DNA from: Minisyncoccia bacterium
GTDB taxonomy: Bacteria; Patescibacteriota; Minisyncoccia; Phycocordibacterales; UBA918
Direction of reading: 5' to 3'
DNA: 64,000 nucleotides
NCBI GenBank assembly: GCA_964229335.1
Contig: CAXRCZ010000004.1
Location: 32,001-96,000 of the forward strand
A program made the translations under genes and the position numbers. The notes beneath the pieces are model-generated. The model ran no database searches and had not been told where the DNA came from. It saw only the letters and a list, made by a program, of their open reading frames with translations. Shown one piece after another: positions 1-9,098 of the stretch (position 1 is the first letter of the stretch; every line of letters starts with the position of its first letter).

Positions 1-438
1 ATTGCACTGATTGTATTTGCAGTGGCGACCCTTATGTACGTCGCTTTATATGTCATTGTCAGTCGCGAACTGGTGTCCGGCGAGCGTCTCGTAGCAGCCA
101 ACTTCCGCGGTCGCCTGGACAGCCTTCTAGAGCGTTTTCAAAAAAAGGTAGCTGAGCTTATACATGACTTCACCGAATATGTGGTGAAGCTGGGCTGGTA
201 CTATAGTGTCCATTCATTTTTGCGAACGGTAATGCAATTTTTGGTGAACGCGTATGAATTCTTCGAGCATAAATTCGAGCAAAACCACTCCCGAGCTGAA
301 GTATTAAAATCTCGGCGTAAGGAACGACAGACAGAAAAGAGTACCCACTTGGCAGAGATGGCAACGCATAAAGAGTCTGTTGCACTCTCTCCAGAACAGC
401 AAGCAGAGTTACGGCAAAGAAAATTAGAAGAAGACTAG
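1..438 (+). CDS. Hypothetical membrane protein, 5'-truncated by the window edge
   Basis: Frame is open from base 1 (IALIVFAVATLMYVALYVIV, hydrophobic) to TAG at 436-438; no recognisable motif. Confidence 0.65.
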   Translation: MALIVFAVATLMYVALYVIVSRELVSGERLVAANFRGRLDSLLERFQKKVAELIHDFTEYVVKLGWYYSVHSFLRTVMQFLVNAYEFFEHKFEQNHSRAEVLKSRRKERQTEKSTHLAEMATHKESVALSPEQQAELRQRKLEED

Positions 439-513
439 AAAAAATATCTGTAGTTTGGTAGTATTTGCCGCGATACATATTGTTTGAAATAATCAGTAGT
501 CTGTAAAAAGCTG

Positions 514-577
514 TGAGCCACCTTAGCTCAGTTGGTAGAGGTGAGAAAGTCTGGGAGACGTTCGAACGATTTGTAAC
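514..577 (+). pseudogene. Degenerate partial copy of the tRNA-Thr 5' half
   Basis: 514-540 tgagccaccttagctcagttggtagag matches 599-625 at 26/27 nt; 567-577 cgatttgtaac resembles the anticodon loop; no T-arm stem or 3' acceptor strand. Confidence 0.6.
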
Positions 578-601
578 AGATAAGGAGATTAAATTTTTTG
601 A

Positions 602-674
602 GCCAGCTTAGCTCAGTTGGTAGAGCAACGGATTTGTAACCCGTAGGTCATCAGTTCGAATCTGATAGCTGGCT
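602..674 (+). tRNA. tRNA-Thr(UGU), CCA not encoded
   Basis: Cloverleaf: acceptor GCCAGCT/AGCTGGC, D arm GCTC-AGTTGGTA-GAGC, anticodon loop TTTGTAA, T arm ATCAG-TTCGAAT-CTGAT, discriminator T. Confidence 0.97.
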
Positions 675-707
675 CAAAAAATTGAATCTGATATCTAGCT
701 CACTGTA

Positions 708-729
708 AAAGTGTCCTTTAGGGCACTTT
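708..729 (+). terminator. Intrinsic terminator after tRNA-Thr
   Basis: aaagtgtcc-ttta-gggcacttt followed by cattttg. Confidence 0.7.
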
Positions 730-813
730 CATTTTGGCTTCGTAATATAGCGAAGTGGGGCAGTTTATAGTCTTTATTTCAAGCACAAAACACGCTATAC
801 TCGACAAAACAAC

Positions 814-2376
814 ATGAGCGATATAGACAAAAATAACTTGCTGCCATATGCTCGGCGTTCAGATTTTAAAGTCGGAAGAGCCAGCGAGTTACAAAATAAA
901 AGTGACCGAAAACTTTACCGATTTTTGGAGATAATTCCAGGAGCGCTTTCTTGGATTATTTTGATTGGTATAGTGCTAGCATCAATTTACACTCCTTTCA
1001 TTGCTGCTTACTTTATTATCGCTTTCTCGATTTATTGGGTGTTAAAGACTATTTTTCTTTCTTACCACGTACGCTATAACTGGAAGCGTTTACGTCATCA
1101 CTTGGAATTGGATTGGTTGGCTATCTTGAGTAAATACACATACGACCGTTTTTATCACTTGGTAATCCTGCCATTTTATGAAGAGCCGGAAGAGGTGCTC
1201 GAAGGGGCTATGCAAGGCTTGTTGGCAGCAAAGTATGACCCGCAGAAGTTAATTGTAGTACTGGCGGCAGAAGAGCGAGCCGGGAGCGAAGCGGTAAGAC
1301 TGGCACAGCTAATGGAAGAGAAGTACGCTCATAAGTTTGGACACTTTCTAGTCGCAGTTCACCCAGCTGATGTTCCGGGAGAAATAGCTGGTAAAGGTTC
1401 AAACACCCACCATGCGCTACATGAAGTACGCAACCGAATAATTGATCCGAATCAAATTGAGTACAAAAATATCATCACCTCTATTTTTGATATCGACACG
1501 GTTATTTACCCAGACTACTTCAACTGTTTGGTATGGCATTTCCTTAAAGCAGAACGTCCTTACAAGAGCGCCTTTCAACCAGTTCCGCTCTTTACCAACA
1601 ATCTTTGGGAAGCACCGGCAGTATCTAGAGTTATGGCGATGAGCAGTACTTTCTGGCAGATGATTATGCAAGAGCGGCCAGATCGTTCGGCGACGTTTTC
1701 TTCACACTCAGTGAGCTTCCAAGCGTTATATGAAATCGGCTACGGGCAAGCCAACGTTGTGAGTGAAGACTCACGTATCTATTGGAATCTGCTCATTGCT
1801 AATGATGGAGAGTTTGATATTGTGCCACTTTCTTATCCAATTGCTATGGATGCGACAGTGGCCCCGACCCTGCGCGGTACAATAAAAAACATCTACAAAC
1901 AGCACCGCCGCTGGACGTACGGAGTAGAGAATTGGTGTTACCTCACTTACCACTTCATCAAGAATAAAAACATCCCACTTAAGAAACGATGGTCAATTGG
2001 ATTTTTGCAAGGGGAAGGATACTCTTCGTTAGTGACGAACCCAATCATGCTATTTATCCTTGGTTGGGCACCAATATTCTTAGGTACTCGCGAATTCCAC
2101 GAAACGGTACTATCGTATGAATTACCCCTCATGGTCCGTAACTTACTAATATTTGCGATGGTGGGACTGGTTATTTCAGCCATTATTTCATTATCACTGA
2201 CACCACCGCGACCAAAACATAAATCTCGTTTTACCTACCTCGTGATGGCCTTGCAGTGGATAATGGTGCCAATCACCATGATTATCTTCAGTGCGCTACC
2301 AGGACTTGATGCCCAAACCAGATTGATGCTTGGTAAATACATGGGCTTCTGGGTGACGCCTAAGCGAGTTAAGTAG
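814..2376 (+). CDS. Membrane-integrated family 2 glycosyltransferase (processive-type)
   Basis: 2 N-terminal and ~3 C-terminal TM segments; DID (DxD), SED and QHRRW (QxxRW) motifs. Confidence 0.85.
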   Translation: MSDIDKNNLLPYARRSDFKVGRASELQNKSDRKLYRFLEIIPGALSWIILIGIVLASIYTPFIAAYFIIAFSIYWVLKTIFLSYHVRYNWKRLRHHLELDWLAILSKYTYDRFYHLVILPFYEEPEEVLEGAMQGLLAAKYDPQKLIVVLAAEERAGSEAVRLAQLMEEKYAHKFGHFLVAVHPADVPGEIAGKGSNTHHALHEVRNRIIDPNQIEYKNIITSIFDIDTVIYPDYFNCLVWHFLKAERPYKSAFQPVPLFTNNLWEAPAVSRVMAMSSTFWQMIMQERPDRSATFSSHSVSFQALYEIGYGQANVVSEDSRIYWNLLIANDGEFDIVPLSYPIAMDATVAPTLRGTIKNIYKQHRRWTYGVENWCYLTYHFIKNKNIPLKKRWSIGFLQGEGYSSLVTNPIMLFILGWAPIFLGTREFHETVLSYELPLMVRNLLIFAMVGLVISAIISLSLTPPRPKHKSRFTYLVMALQWIMVPITMIIFSALPGLDAQTRLMLGKYMGFWVTPKRVK

Positions 2377-2434
2377 CTGCAGTCAATTATATTTTCACTG
2401 TTACTACGGTGTTATAGTTAAGACAACCACTTCC

Positions 2435-3589
2435 ATGCCAACTGAACCTCAAATACAGATGCTTTCATACAAGAATCGCAGTCGCTTCTTCAAGCTGCTT
2501 TTGTTAGCATTTATTATCTTGTTGCCAGTATTTATTTTTTATACTTCTGGATATCGACTGGCTTTTGAAGATGATGGTGCAACACTAGTAACTACTGGTG
2601 GGTTATATGTTAGTACCAACGAGCAAGAATTAGCGGTATTTATTGATGAGCAGCAAGTGGAGCGACCGCGCCTATTTCGTTCTGCTTACTACATTCAAAA
2701 TATTGATACCGGACAACACAGGGTAGTGGTGCAGGGGGATGGAGTACATACCTGGGTCAAAGAGTTACCAGTAGACGCCTACATCGTAACCGAAGCAGCG
2801 GCCTTTAATATGCCGTTAGAACCACAAATACGTTTTATTACGAGATACAGTACTCCAGATGGAGCCAGTGTATTACAGGCATCAGTTGGTGAAAATCCTC
2901 TACGCAAAGCCACTACTACCGCTCCGTATATTGTAGCCACCACCAGTAGTGAGACAGGCTGGGTCTTGAGTGGAGAATATTCTTTTGTAGATAGTTTATT
3001 TAATAATACTGCAGCCAGTAGCACCACCGGCTTCTTTGCTGGTTTTGGGACAACCATAGAGCGTGGGGAATTGACTGATATTACAACAGACGAGCTTGGT
3101 GCTACTAGCACCTCGCTATATCCATATGTGCAAAAAGGTGACATGAGATTGGTTGAAAAAGGAGATGAGCTGCTTGCTTCATGGTACGGGAGAGAAGAGG
3201 TCGTGCCGTATTACTTCTGTGTGACTGGTACTGCCAGCAGCACGATTACTGAGCGGTATGGAGACCACGTCGCTGAACAAATAAAGAATACTGAAGAAAT
3301 GCTAGTCGACCCAGTTTTAATCAACAACAACCGTTTTTGCCGTGAAGAAATAAGAATTGATCGAAAGCAACAGGAGATTCAACAATATGCGTTCTTACCA
3401 GGTAGTACAGACTTGGTTGTTTTGCGCCTAGAAGACGGAGTGTACGTAACTGAGATAGACGATCGAGCCTGGCAAAACACCCAACTAGTGTATCCAGGAA
3501 CTGATTTCATGATGCGAGTGACAGAGGACGCTATTTATATAGAAGAGGACGGGATTTACTTTGAACTAATAACGGAATTAGATAATTAA
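2435..3589 (+). CDS. Membrane-anchored exported protein, probable PEGA-like N-terminal domain
   Basis: N-terminal TM helix then GYRL...TGGLYVST...VFID pattern and Thr/Ser-rich segments. Confidence 0.6.
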   Translation: MPTEPQIQMLSYKNRSRFFKLLLLAFIILLPVFIFYTSGYRLAFEDDGATLVTTGGLYVSTNEQELAVFIDEQQVERPRLFRSAYYIQNIDTGQHRVVVQGDGVHTWVKELPVDAYIVTEAAAFNMPLEPQIRFITRYSTPDGASVLQASVGENPLRKATTTAPYIVATTSSETGWVLSGEYSFVDSLFNNTAASSTTGFFAGFGTTIERGELTDITTDELGATSTSLYPYVQKGDMRLVEKGDELLASWYGREEVVPYYFCVTGTASSTITERYGDHVAEQIKNTEEMLVDPVLINNNRFCREEIRIDRKQQEIQQYAFLPGSTDLVVLRLEDGVYVTEIDDRAWQNTQLVYPGTDFMMRVTEDAIYIEEDGIYFELITELDN

Positions 3590-3595
3590 TTATAT

Positions 3596-3634
3596 AAATA
3601 AATAGGTCTCCGTTTAACGGAGACCTATTTATTT
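3596..3634. terminator. Bidirectional terminator (19-bp perfect inverted repeat)
   Basis: aaataaataggtctccgtt-t-aacggagacctatttattt between convergent genes. Confidence 0.85.
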
Positions 3635-3648
3635 GAGTAATGTTATTT

Positions 3649-4803
3649 CTATCGAACTGTAGCGTCAAACTGCGCCGCAGTTTCCTCTTCGAGTTTTTTA
3701 TGTAGACCCTCAACTTCTTCGCTGGTCAAAGTTCGGTCAATTGAACGATAGGTGATGCGATAAGCGTAGCTCATTTTATCAGCGCCAAATTTTTCGTCAT
3801 TTTCATATTTGTCGATGAGCTCAATTTCTTCTACTAAATCACCTGCAATATCACGTACTAAATCAAAGTAATCGTTTGGTACGAAATCTTTACTCGCAAC
3901 AAAAGAAATGTCACGTGGTGCAGGAGGGAATTTAGACACTTCTTCATAGACTCGACCGAGTTGTAATTGTTTTTTTACTCTTTCATCCTCTGACCACAAG
4001 AGACGGATGTCTGGCAGTGCCATAGAAGCAATGGCCAAACGCTCTACCCCAAAACCAAACGCCCAGCCAGAATATCCTTCGACTCCCATATTTTTGAGGA
4101 CTGATTTTTTCGGCATTCCACCGCCGAGTATTTCTAGCCATTCACCACGTGCTGGTCCCTCGGCTGCAGTGCCTTTGACGTTAATCTCTACCTCAAGAGA
4201 AGGGTCGGTGTATGGGAAAGTGTCTTCATTGAAGCGAATTTTGGTATCTGCACCATAGACGCCTTTGGCTACTTCTGAGAGGGCGTTTTTGAGGTCTTCT
4301 TCTTGGACATTTTCCTCGTCTGGAGCCAGATACCAACCGCCGATTTGGTGGAATATATTCATGTGTCGACTGTCAACCTCGTCTTTACGGTAGACTTTTC
4401 CGTAGCAGAGTGCACCAAATGATTCACCACGAGCGATTCGCTCTTTGATTTCTGGAGAATTGAGATAGTAATACCAAAAGACCGTATCGTGAGTGCGAAG
4501 AATATTAGTATCATCTATGTAGTAGGTATCAGAGCGCGAACGGGCTGGATGGTCTGGAGCAAAATCAAATAAATCAAAAGAGATGCTAGCCGGAACAATT
4601 TCTGGAATATTGATAATATCAAAATCTTTGAATAAAGGTACGTTCTTTACTCGTTCGACAATCTCATGAATCGGGCTGCCAGGGGTACGTGAGAGATCCG
4701 GCATGGCCAGATATTCACGCATTCGTCGAGCTTCTGTGTCTGTCCGTTCTGCTAAAAGTTCACGAAGTCGATTTTCTTCGTCTCGGGGTATGTTTATATC
4801 CAT
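3649..4803 (-). CDS. pheS: Phenylalanine--tRNA ligase, monomeric organellar-type (alpha catalytic domain plus C-terminal ferredoxin-fold anticodon-binding domain)
   Basis: DHPAR..DTYY, LRTH, GKVYRKDE..H..FHQ, FPYTDPS, GWAFGFGVERLA; C-terminal SKFPPAPRDISF...YRSIDRTLTSEEV. Start moved to ATG 4803 (TACACT 9 nt upstream). Confidence 0.92.
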   Translation of the reverse strand: MDINIPRDEENRLRELLAERTDTEARRMREYLAMPDLSRTPGSPIHEIVERVKNVPLFKDFDIINIPEIVPASISFDLFDFAPDHPARSRSDTYYIDDTNILRTHDTVFWYYYLNSPEIKERIARGESFGALCYGKVYRKDEVDSRHMNIFHQIGGWYLAPDEENVQEEDLKNALSEVAKGVYGADTKIRFNEDTFPYTDPSLEVEINVKGTAAEGPARGEWLEILGGGMPKKSVLKNMGVEGYSGWAFGFGVERLAIASMALPDIRLLWSEDERVKKQLQLGRVYEEVSKFPPAPRDISFVASKDFVPNDYFDLVRDIAGDLVEEIELIDKYENDEKFGADKMSYAYRITYRSIDRTLTSEEVEGLHKKLEEETAAQFDATVR

Positions 4804-4878
4804 ATATTGCTCAGTGTAGAACACTTATGTATTTGGTTCAAGTTTAGTCTGGTTAATCAGAGAAAGCCTAATTTGGCG

Positions 4879-4919
4879 TTAAATCCGGAAAAATTACGCA
4901 GTAATTTTTCCGGATTTAA
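4879..4919. repeat. 19-bp perfect inverted repeat with GCA loop in the divergent pheS/gyrB promoter region
   Basis: ttaaatccggaaaaattac-gca-gtaatttttccggatttaa. Confidence 0.9.
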
Positions 4920-4989
4920 ATGAGAAATACTGTAGGTAATATGGTAAAATTATCCTTAATTAACAAATATATTTTCTAATTCACTCAGC

Positions 4990-7083
4990 ATGGCAGCAGC
5001 TAAGAAAGCATCAAAAAAAACTACTAAACAGAAAGGCTACGACGCTTCGTCGATTTCAGTGCTTGAAGGTCTCGATCCAGTACGAAAACGACCTGGGATG
5101 TATATCGGCACCACTGGACCGGATGGACTTCACCACCTTATATGGGAAGTTTTCGATAACTCTCGCGACGAAGCGATGGGTGGCTTTGCTGACCGAGTAG
5201 AAGTGACACTGCTGCCGGATAACTACATTCGAGTAGCTGATAATGGTCGTGGGATTCCAGTCGACACCCATAAACAGTCAGGTGTATCAGCACTCGAGAC
5301 CATCCTTACAACTCTTCATGCTGGTGGTAAATTTGGAGGAGATGAGTCAGGCTACAAAGTTTCCGGAGGGTTGCATGGTGTGGGAGTGTCGGTGGTAAAC
5401 GCATTGTCCACACACGTGATTGCTGAGGTGTATCGTGACGGAGGGTATTACGTTCAAGAGTATTCCATAGGAAAGGCTAAAGCCAAAGTGAAAAAAATCG
5501 GTCCATCAAAATCAACCGGAACTGTCATCACTTTCCAGGCCGATCCCGAAATCTTTAAAGAAATTGCGTACGATTACAAAAGAATCGTCAACCATTTACG
5601 ACAACAAGCCTACTTGGTAAAAGCTATGCGCCTTACCGTTATTGATGCACGAGACCTTGATGAGGATAAGCAAAACAATCTTGATTTAAAAGGGCAACAA
5701 TATGTAGACGAGCTCCATTTGCCGGTACCACACCAAACCTTCTACTTTGAAGGCGGACTCCGCTCACTGGTCGCTTTTAACAACACGTACCAAAAACCAA
5801 TTCACAAAAACATCTTTTATGTCGAGAAGCAGGATGTTAGTCCAGAAGTATTGGCGGTAGAGATAGCGCTGCAATATGTTGATGATATTTCTCCTCGCAT
5901 CACGGCCTTTGCTAACAATATTTATAACCCAGAGCACGGAACCCATGTGACTGGCTTTAAAACTGCCCTTACTCGAACACTAAATAACTACGCTAAGAAA
6001 GGAAACTTCTTCTCAGCAAAGGACAAAGATACTGCCTTTACTGGTGATGATGTGCTCGAAGGAATCACCGCTGTAATCTCAGTAAAAATGCCTGAGATTC
6101 AGTTCGAAGGACAAACCAAAGCCAAATTAGGTTCTGTCGAAGCTAGAAGCGCTACGGAATCAGTGTTTGGTGATGCGTTTAGCACTTACCTAGAAGAAAA
6201 TCCCGACGACGCCAAGGCCATCATCAATAAAGTTATTTTGGCAGTAAAAGCCCGCAAAGCAGCCAAGGCCGCAAAGGATAGTGTGCTGCGAAAAGGTGCA
6301 CTTGAAGGATTGTCACTCCCGGGTAAGCTGGCTGATTGTCAGAGTAAAAAAGCTGAAGATTCAGAACTCTTTATCGTGGAGGGGGACTCGGCTGGTGGTT
6401 CAGCCAAGATGGGTCGAGATCGAAAAACGCAAGCTGTCTTACCACTGCGAGGAAAAATATTGAACGTCGAGAGAGCTCGCATTGATAGGATGCTAGCGTC
6501 AGAACAAATAAAAAATCTAGTAATTGCTCTCGGTACGGCCATTGGAGACGTGTTTGATGAGTCAAAACTGCGTTATCACAAAATAATCATTGCAACTGAC
6601 GCGGATGTTGACGGAGCTCATATCCGGACCTTGTTACTTACATTGTTCTACCGCTATTTCCGACCACTAGTCGATGGAGGGTATATTTATATTGCCCAAC
6701 CACCTCTCTACAAGCTTACCAAGGGACGTGAGCTGCGGTACGTATATACAGAAGCCGAAAAACTAGCAGCCATCGAAGAAATGGGTGGAGTGATTATGAA
6801 TGCTGATGATAATACGACTGATGACGAAGACGAAGAAGAGGTTGTAGAAACTACAAAAAAAGGAGCTAACATCAACCAACAGCGCTACAAGGGTCTTGGT
6901 GAGATGAATGCTGAAGAGTTGTGGGAGACAACTATGAACAGAGAAAATCGTATCCTAAAACAAGTCAAAGTAGAGGATGCCCAAGCAGCTGACAAAGTGT
7001 TCGATATCTTGATGGGTACAGATGTGTCTAGCCGGAAGAGTTTCATCCAGAACAATGCAAAGCTGGCTAACTTAGATATCTAG
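4990..7083 (+). CDS. gyrB: DNA gyrase subunit B
   Basis: VRKRPGMYIG, EVFDNSRDE, GGLHGVG, VEGDSAGG, PLRGKILN, DADVDG, RYKGLGEM. Confidence 0.96.
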   Translation: MAAAKKASKKTTKQKGYDASSISVLEGLDPVRKRPGMYIGTTGPDGLHHLIWEVFDNSRDEAMGGFADRVEVTLLPDNYIRVADNGRGIPVDTHKQSGVSALETILTTLHAGGKFGGDESGYKVSGGLHGVGVSVVNALSTHVIAEVYRDGGYYVQEYSIGKAKAKVKKIGPSKSTGTVITFQADPEIFKEIAYDYKRIVNHLRQQAYLVKAMRLTVIDARDLDEDKQNNLDLKGQQYVDELHLPVPHQTFYFEGGLRSLVAFNNTYQKPIHKNIFYVEKQDVSPEVLAVEIALQYVDDISPRITAFANNIYNPEHGTHVTGFKTALTRTLNNYAKKGNFFSAKDKDTAFTGDDVLEGITAVISVKMPEIQFEGQTKAKLGSVEARSATESVFGDAFSTYLEENPDDAKAIINKVILAVKARKAAKAAKDSVLRKGALEGLSLPGKLADCQSKKAEDSELFIVEGDSAGGSAKMGRDRKTQAVLPLRGKILNVERARIDRMLASEQIKNLVIALGTAIGDVFDESKLRYHKIIIATDADVDGAHIRTLLLTLFYRYFRPLVDGGYIYIAQPPLYKLTKGRELRYVYTEAEKLAAIEEMGGVIMNADDNTTDDEDEEEVVETTKKGANINQQRYKGLGEMNAEELWETTMNRENRILKQVKVEDAQAADKVFDILMGTDVSSRKSFIQNNAKLANLDI

Positions 7084-7088
7084 TACAG

Positions 7089-7210
7089 CTTAGACTGCCT
7101 ATTCCTGCACCGCATATTTCTCACACGGTCCGATGCTTTCCGTACTTCTATAGGCACGTACTCATTGCGGACGCTCAAATATGCCTTGCAGGCAAAGACA
7201 GCAGCCTAGG
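7089..7210. mobile_element. ERIC/Correia-like long hairpin element, copy 1
   Basis: Nested stems cttagactgc/gcagcctagg, cctgca/tgcagg, gcatattt/aaatatgc, gtccg/cggac, cgtac/gcacg; right-arm GCCTTG motif shared with other copies. Confidence 0.55.
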
Positions 7211-7239
7211 TGAATATCACAGCTAGTTTCTACCTCCTG

Positions 7240-8256
7240 CTACCGACTCACCGATACTTGTTTATAGAAGCTGTTGTTAGTGCTGTTGCTATCTGCACCA
7301 CTGTCGATGTGGGCTGTAAAATAGTGAGAATTAATGTCTTTGGTAGTAAAGCCAAGTGTGACAATACTGCGTTCATTTGGTTTCAGTGGGGTCTGTAGCG
7401 GAGAACGATGAGTATCACCGTTTGGTAGGGTAATAGTGTAATCCCAAGCCGTAGATGTTTTTGTGCCAGTGTTTTTGATTTCAAATTGTATTGCACCAGC
7501 TTCTTCTCGAGTCAGATTTCCACTTTTGAATTGACCGTTATGAATGCTACCTACATTAAGAAAGCGAATAGCTAAATCAGTGTGACCGCGTGGATCAGAT
7601 TGCGGGATTTGATATACGTATTTCACTGTCGGGGTGTGAGTGGTTGTTGGGGCAGGGGGCGTGGTGGTTGTCGTAGTTTCCTCCTCTTCCACCACCTCTT
7701 CGTCTGCTACCGCCAAGACATCATTATTTACGACAGTAATAATAGAAGTCGAAGCCAATTTTTCTGCGGCGGTGTCGCGTGGAGTGAAGGTTACCGTGTA
7801 TCCAATATCGGCAGCTTCTGCTTCTGAAACAAACTCTACCTCAAGCGATGTCTCCTCACCTATGTTATAGATTTCGTCACATTCTAGTGTTTGAGGCTCG
7901 TTGTTGATATACGCAGCTTGTAAAGCCACTCCATCCTTACAGTCATACACAAAGGTGTAAGTACCAGGTTGATTGACCGGTTCCCAAGAGAGAACAGTTG
8001 CTTGTCCGCTTTGTAGAGGGTCTGGTGTATTGAGGACAAGCGTTGTGGGTTCTTCCATTGGTACTTCCTCCTCATCAAGCGAGTCTTCGTAATTGGCTAT
8101 ATCATCGGCGAGGGAAGCCAGTTGTGAAAAACCAGTTGGTGCCCATGAGACGAATAGAATGGTAAGCCAAGCAATTACCACAATCGCTGCAATCACACCG
8201 GCTAGTGCTAGTAAACGCATTACGTTCTCTTTATCAGTATTGACAGTGTTATTCAT
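7240..8256 (-). CDS. Membrane-anchored surface protein with Ig-like/CARDB-like C-terminal domain
   Basis: N-terminal TM helix, acidic and Thr/Pro linkers, C-terminal DLAI...FEIKNTGTKTS..W...NN pattern; promoter TTGACA-16-TATTAT 7 nt before ATG 8256. Confidence 0.65.
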   Translation of the reverse strand: MNNTVNTDKENVMRLLALAGVIAAIVVIAWLTILFVSWAPTGFSQLASLADDIANYEDSLDEEEVPMEEPTTLVLNTPDPLQSGQATVLSWEPVNQPGTYTFVYDCKDGVALQAAYINNEPQTLECDEIYNIGEETSLEVEFVSEAEAADIGYTVTFTPRDTAAEKLASTSIITVVNNDVLAVADEEVVEEEETTTTTTPPAPTTTHTPTVKYVYQIPQSDPRGHTDLAIRFLNVGSIHNGQFKSGNLTREEAGAIQFEIKNTGTKTSTAWDYTITLPNGDTHRSPLQTPLKPNERSIVTLGFTTKDINSHYFTAHIDSGADSNSTNNSFYKQVSVSR

Positions 8257-8327
8257 ATTCAGCATAATACACAGAACCTGGGTTTTGTCAATCTCAAAAT
8301 AGCTTTGCTAGAAAGGCCTAGTGTAGA

Positions 8328-8356
8328 TTGACTTTTCTTTTAAATAATGCTATAGT
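8328..8356 (+). promoter_or_regulatory. Sigma70 promoter of the sortase gene
   Basis: TTGACT-17 nt-TATAGT with extended TG. Confidence 0.75.
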
Positions 8357-8381
8357 TTAATTATCTGAGACAATTTTACTT

Positions 8382-9041
8382 ATGTCAAAAGCCAATTTCA
8401 AACAAAAAATAGACACGCTAATCGACCATAAATTTACCTTTCTAGGTGTTTTTTTTGTGGTTTTTCTACTCAGCTATCTTTTCTTAGTTGCAATTGACTT
8501 TGTACCTGAGCCTAAAGTTGCGTCAGTCGATACTTCAGATATCGAAATCGCAGATGAATTAGATATTACTGATGCACCAGTCGTTGATGAGGCTGTGCTC
8601 GCAGAGCCAACAATGATTTATATTGAAAAGCTTGATCGGGAAGTGGTGGTACTAAATCCAACCTCTCGTGCTATTGCAGATTTAGACGAAGCTTTACTTG
8701 AAGGGGTGGTGCGACATCCTGACTCAGCCTTGTTGGGTCAAGAAGGAAACGTATTTTTACTTGGCCATTCTAGCTACTTGCCGAATGTGTTTAACGAAAA
8801 CTTCCAAGCTTTTAATGGTATTCAAAATCTTGAGTGGGGTGATGAGATTGTAGTACGTGGAGCGAGTGAAGAATTTATCTACCGCGTTGACCGCGTATAT
8901 AAAGCGACCGCTGATGACGCTACTATTGTGCCAATTACTGGTGTAGGGAAACGACTGACATTAGCAACCTGTGATAGCTTCGGCTCTATTACTGACCGGT
9001 TTATTGTAGAAGCTACCCAAGTCAGGGTAAATACCTTATAA
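8382..9041 (+). CDS. Sortase
   Basis: N-terminal TM anchor; catalytic His (LLGHSS), TLATC (TLxTC) and downstream Arg (DRFIV). Confidence 0.9.
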   Translation: MSKANFKQKIDTLIDHKFTFLGVFFVVFLLSYLFLVAIDFVPEPKVASVDTSDIEIADELDITDAPVVDEAVLAEPTMIYIEKLDREVVVLNPTSRAIADLDEALLEGVVRHPDSALLGQEGNVFLLGHSSYLPNVFNENFQAFNGIQNLEWGDEIVVRGASEEFIYRVDRVYKATADDATIVPITGVGKRLTLATCDSFGSITDRFIVEATQVRVNTL

Positions 9042-9069
9042 ATAAGTAGTAGGAATAGACTACTAATAG

Positions 9070-9098
9070 TTGACAAAACTTATTTTTTGGTCTATACT
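9070..9098 (+). promoter_or_regulatory. Near-consensus sigma70 promoter of the surface-protein gene
   Basis: TTGACA-17 nt-TATACT. Confidence 0.85.

Noticed and set aside
514-676. Intron-containing, nested or permuted tRNA built from the 514-540 fragment
   Set aside because: The downstream tRNA is complete by itself; the fragment has no matching 3' acceptor strand and no splice-motif or group I intron features
4990-7083. gyrB without adjacent gyrA, or a parE identity
   Set aside because: Split gyrA/gyrB loci are common and the motifs fit GyrB
7089-7210. 6S or SRP RNA
   Set aside because: No SRP GGAA-loop domain, too short for 6S, no dedicated promoter, and shares motifs with the other stop-codon hairpins
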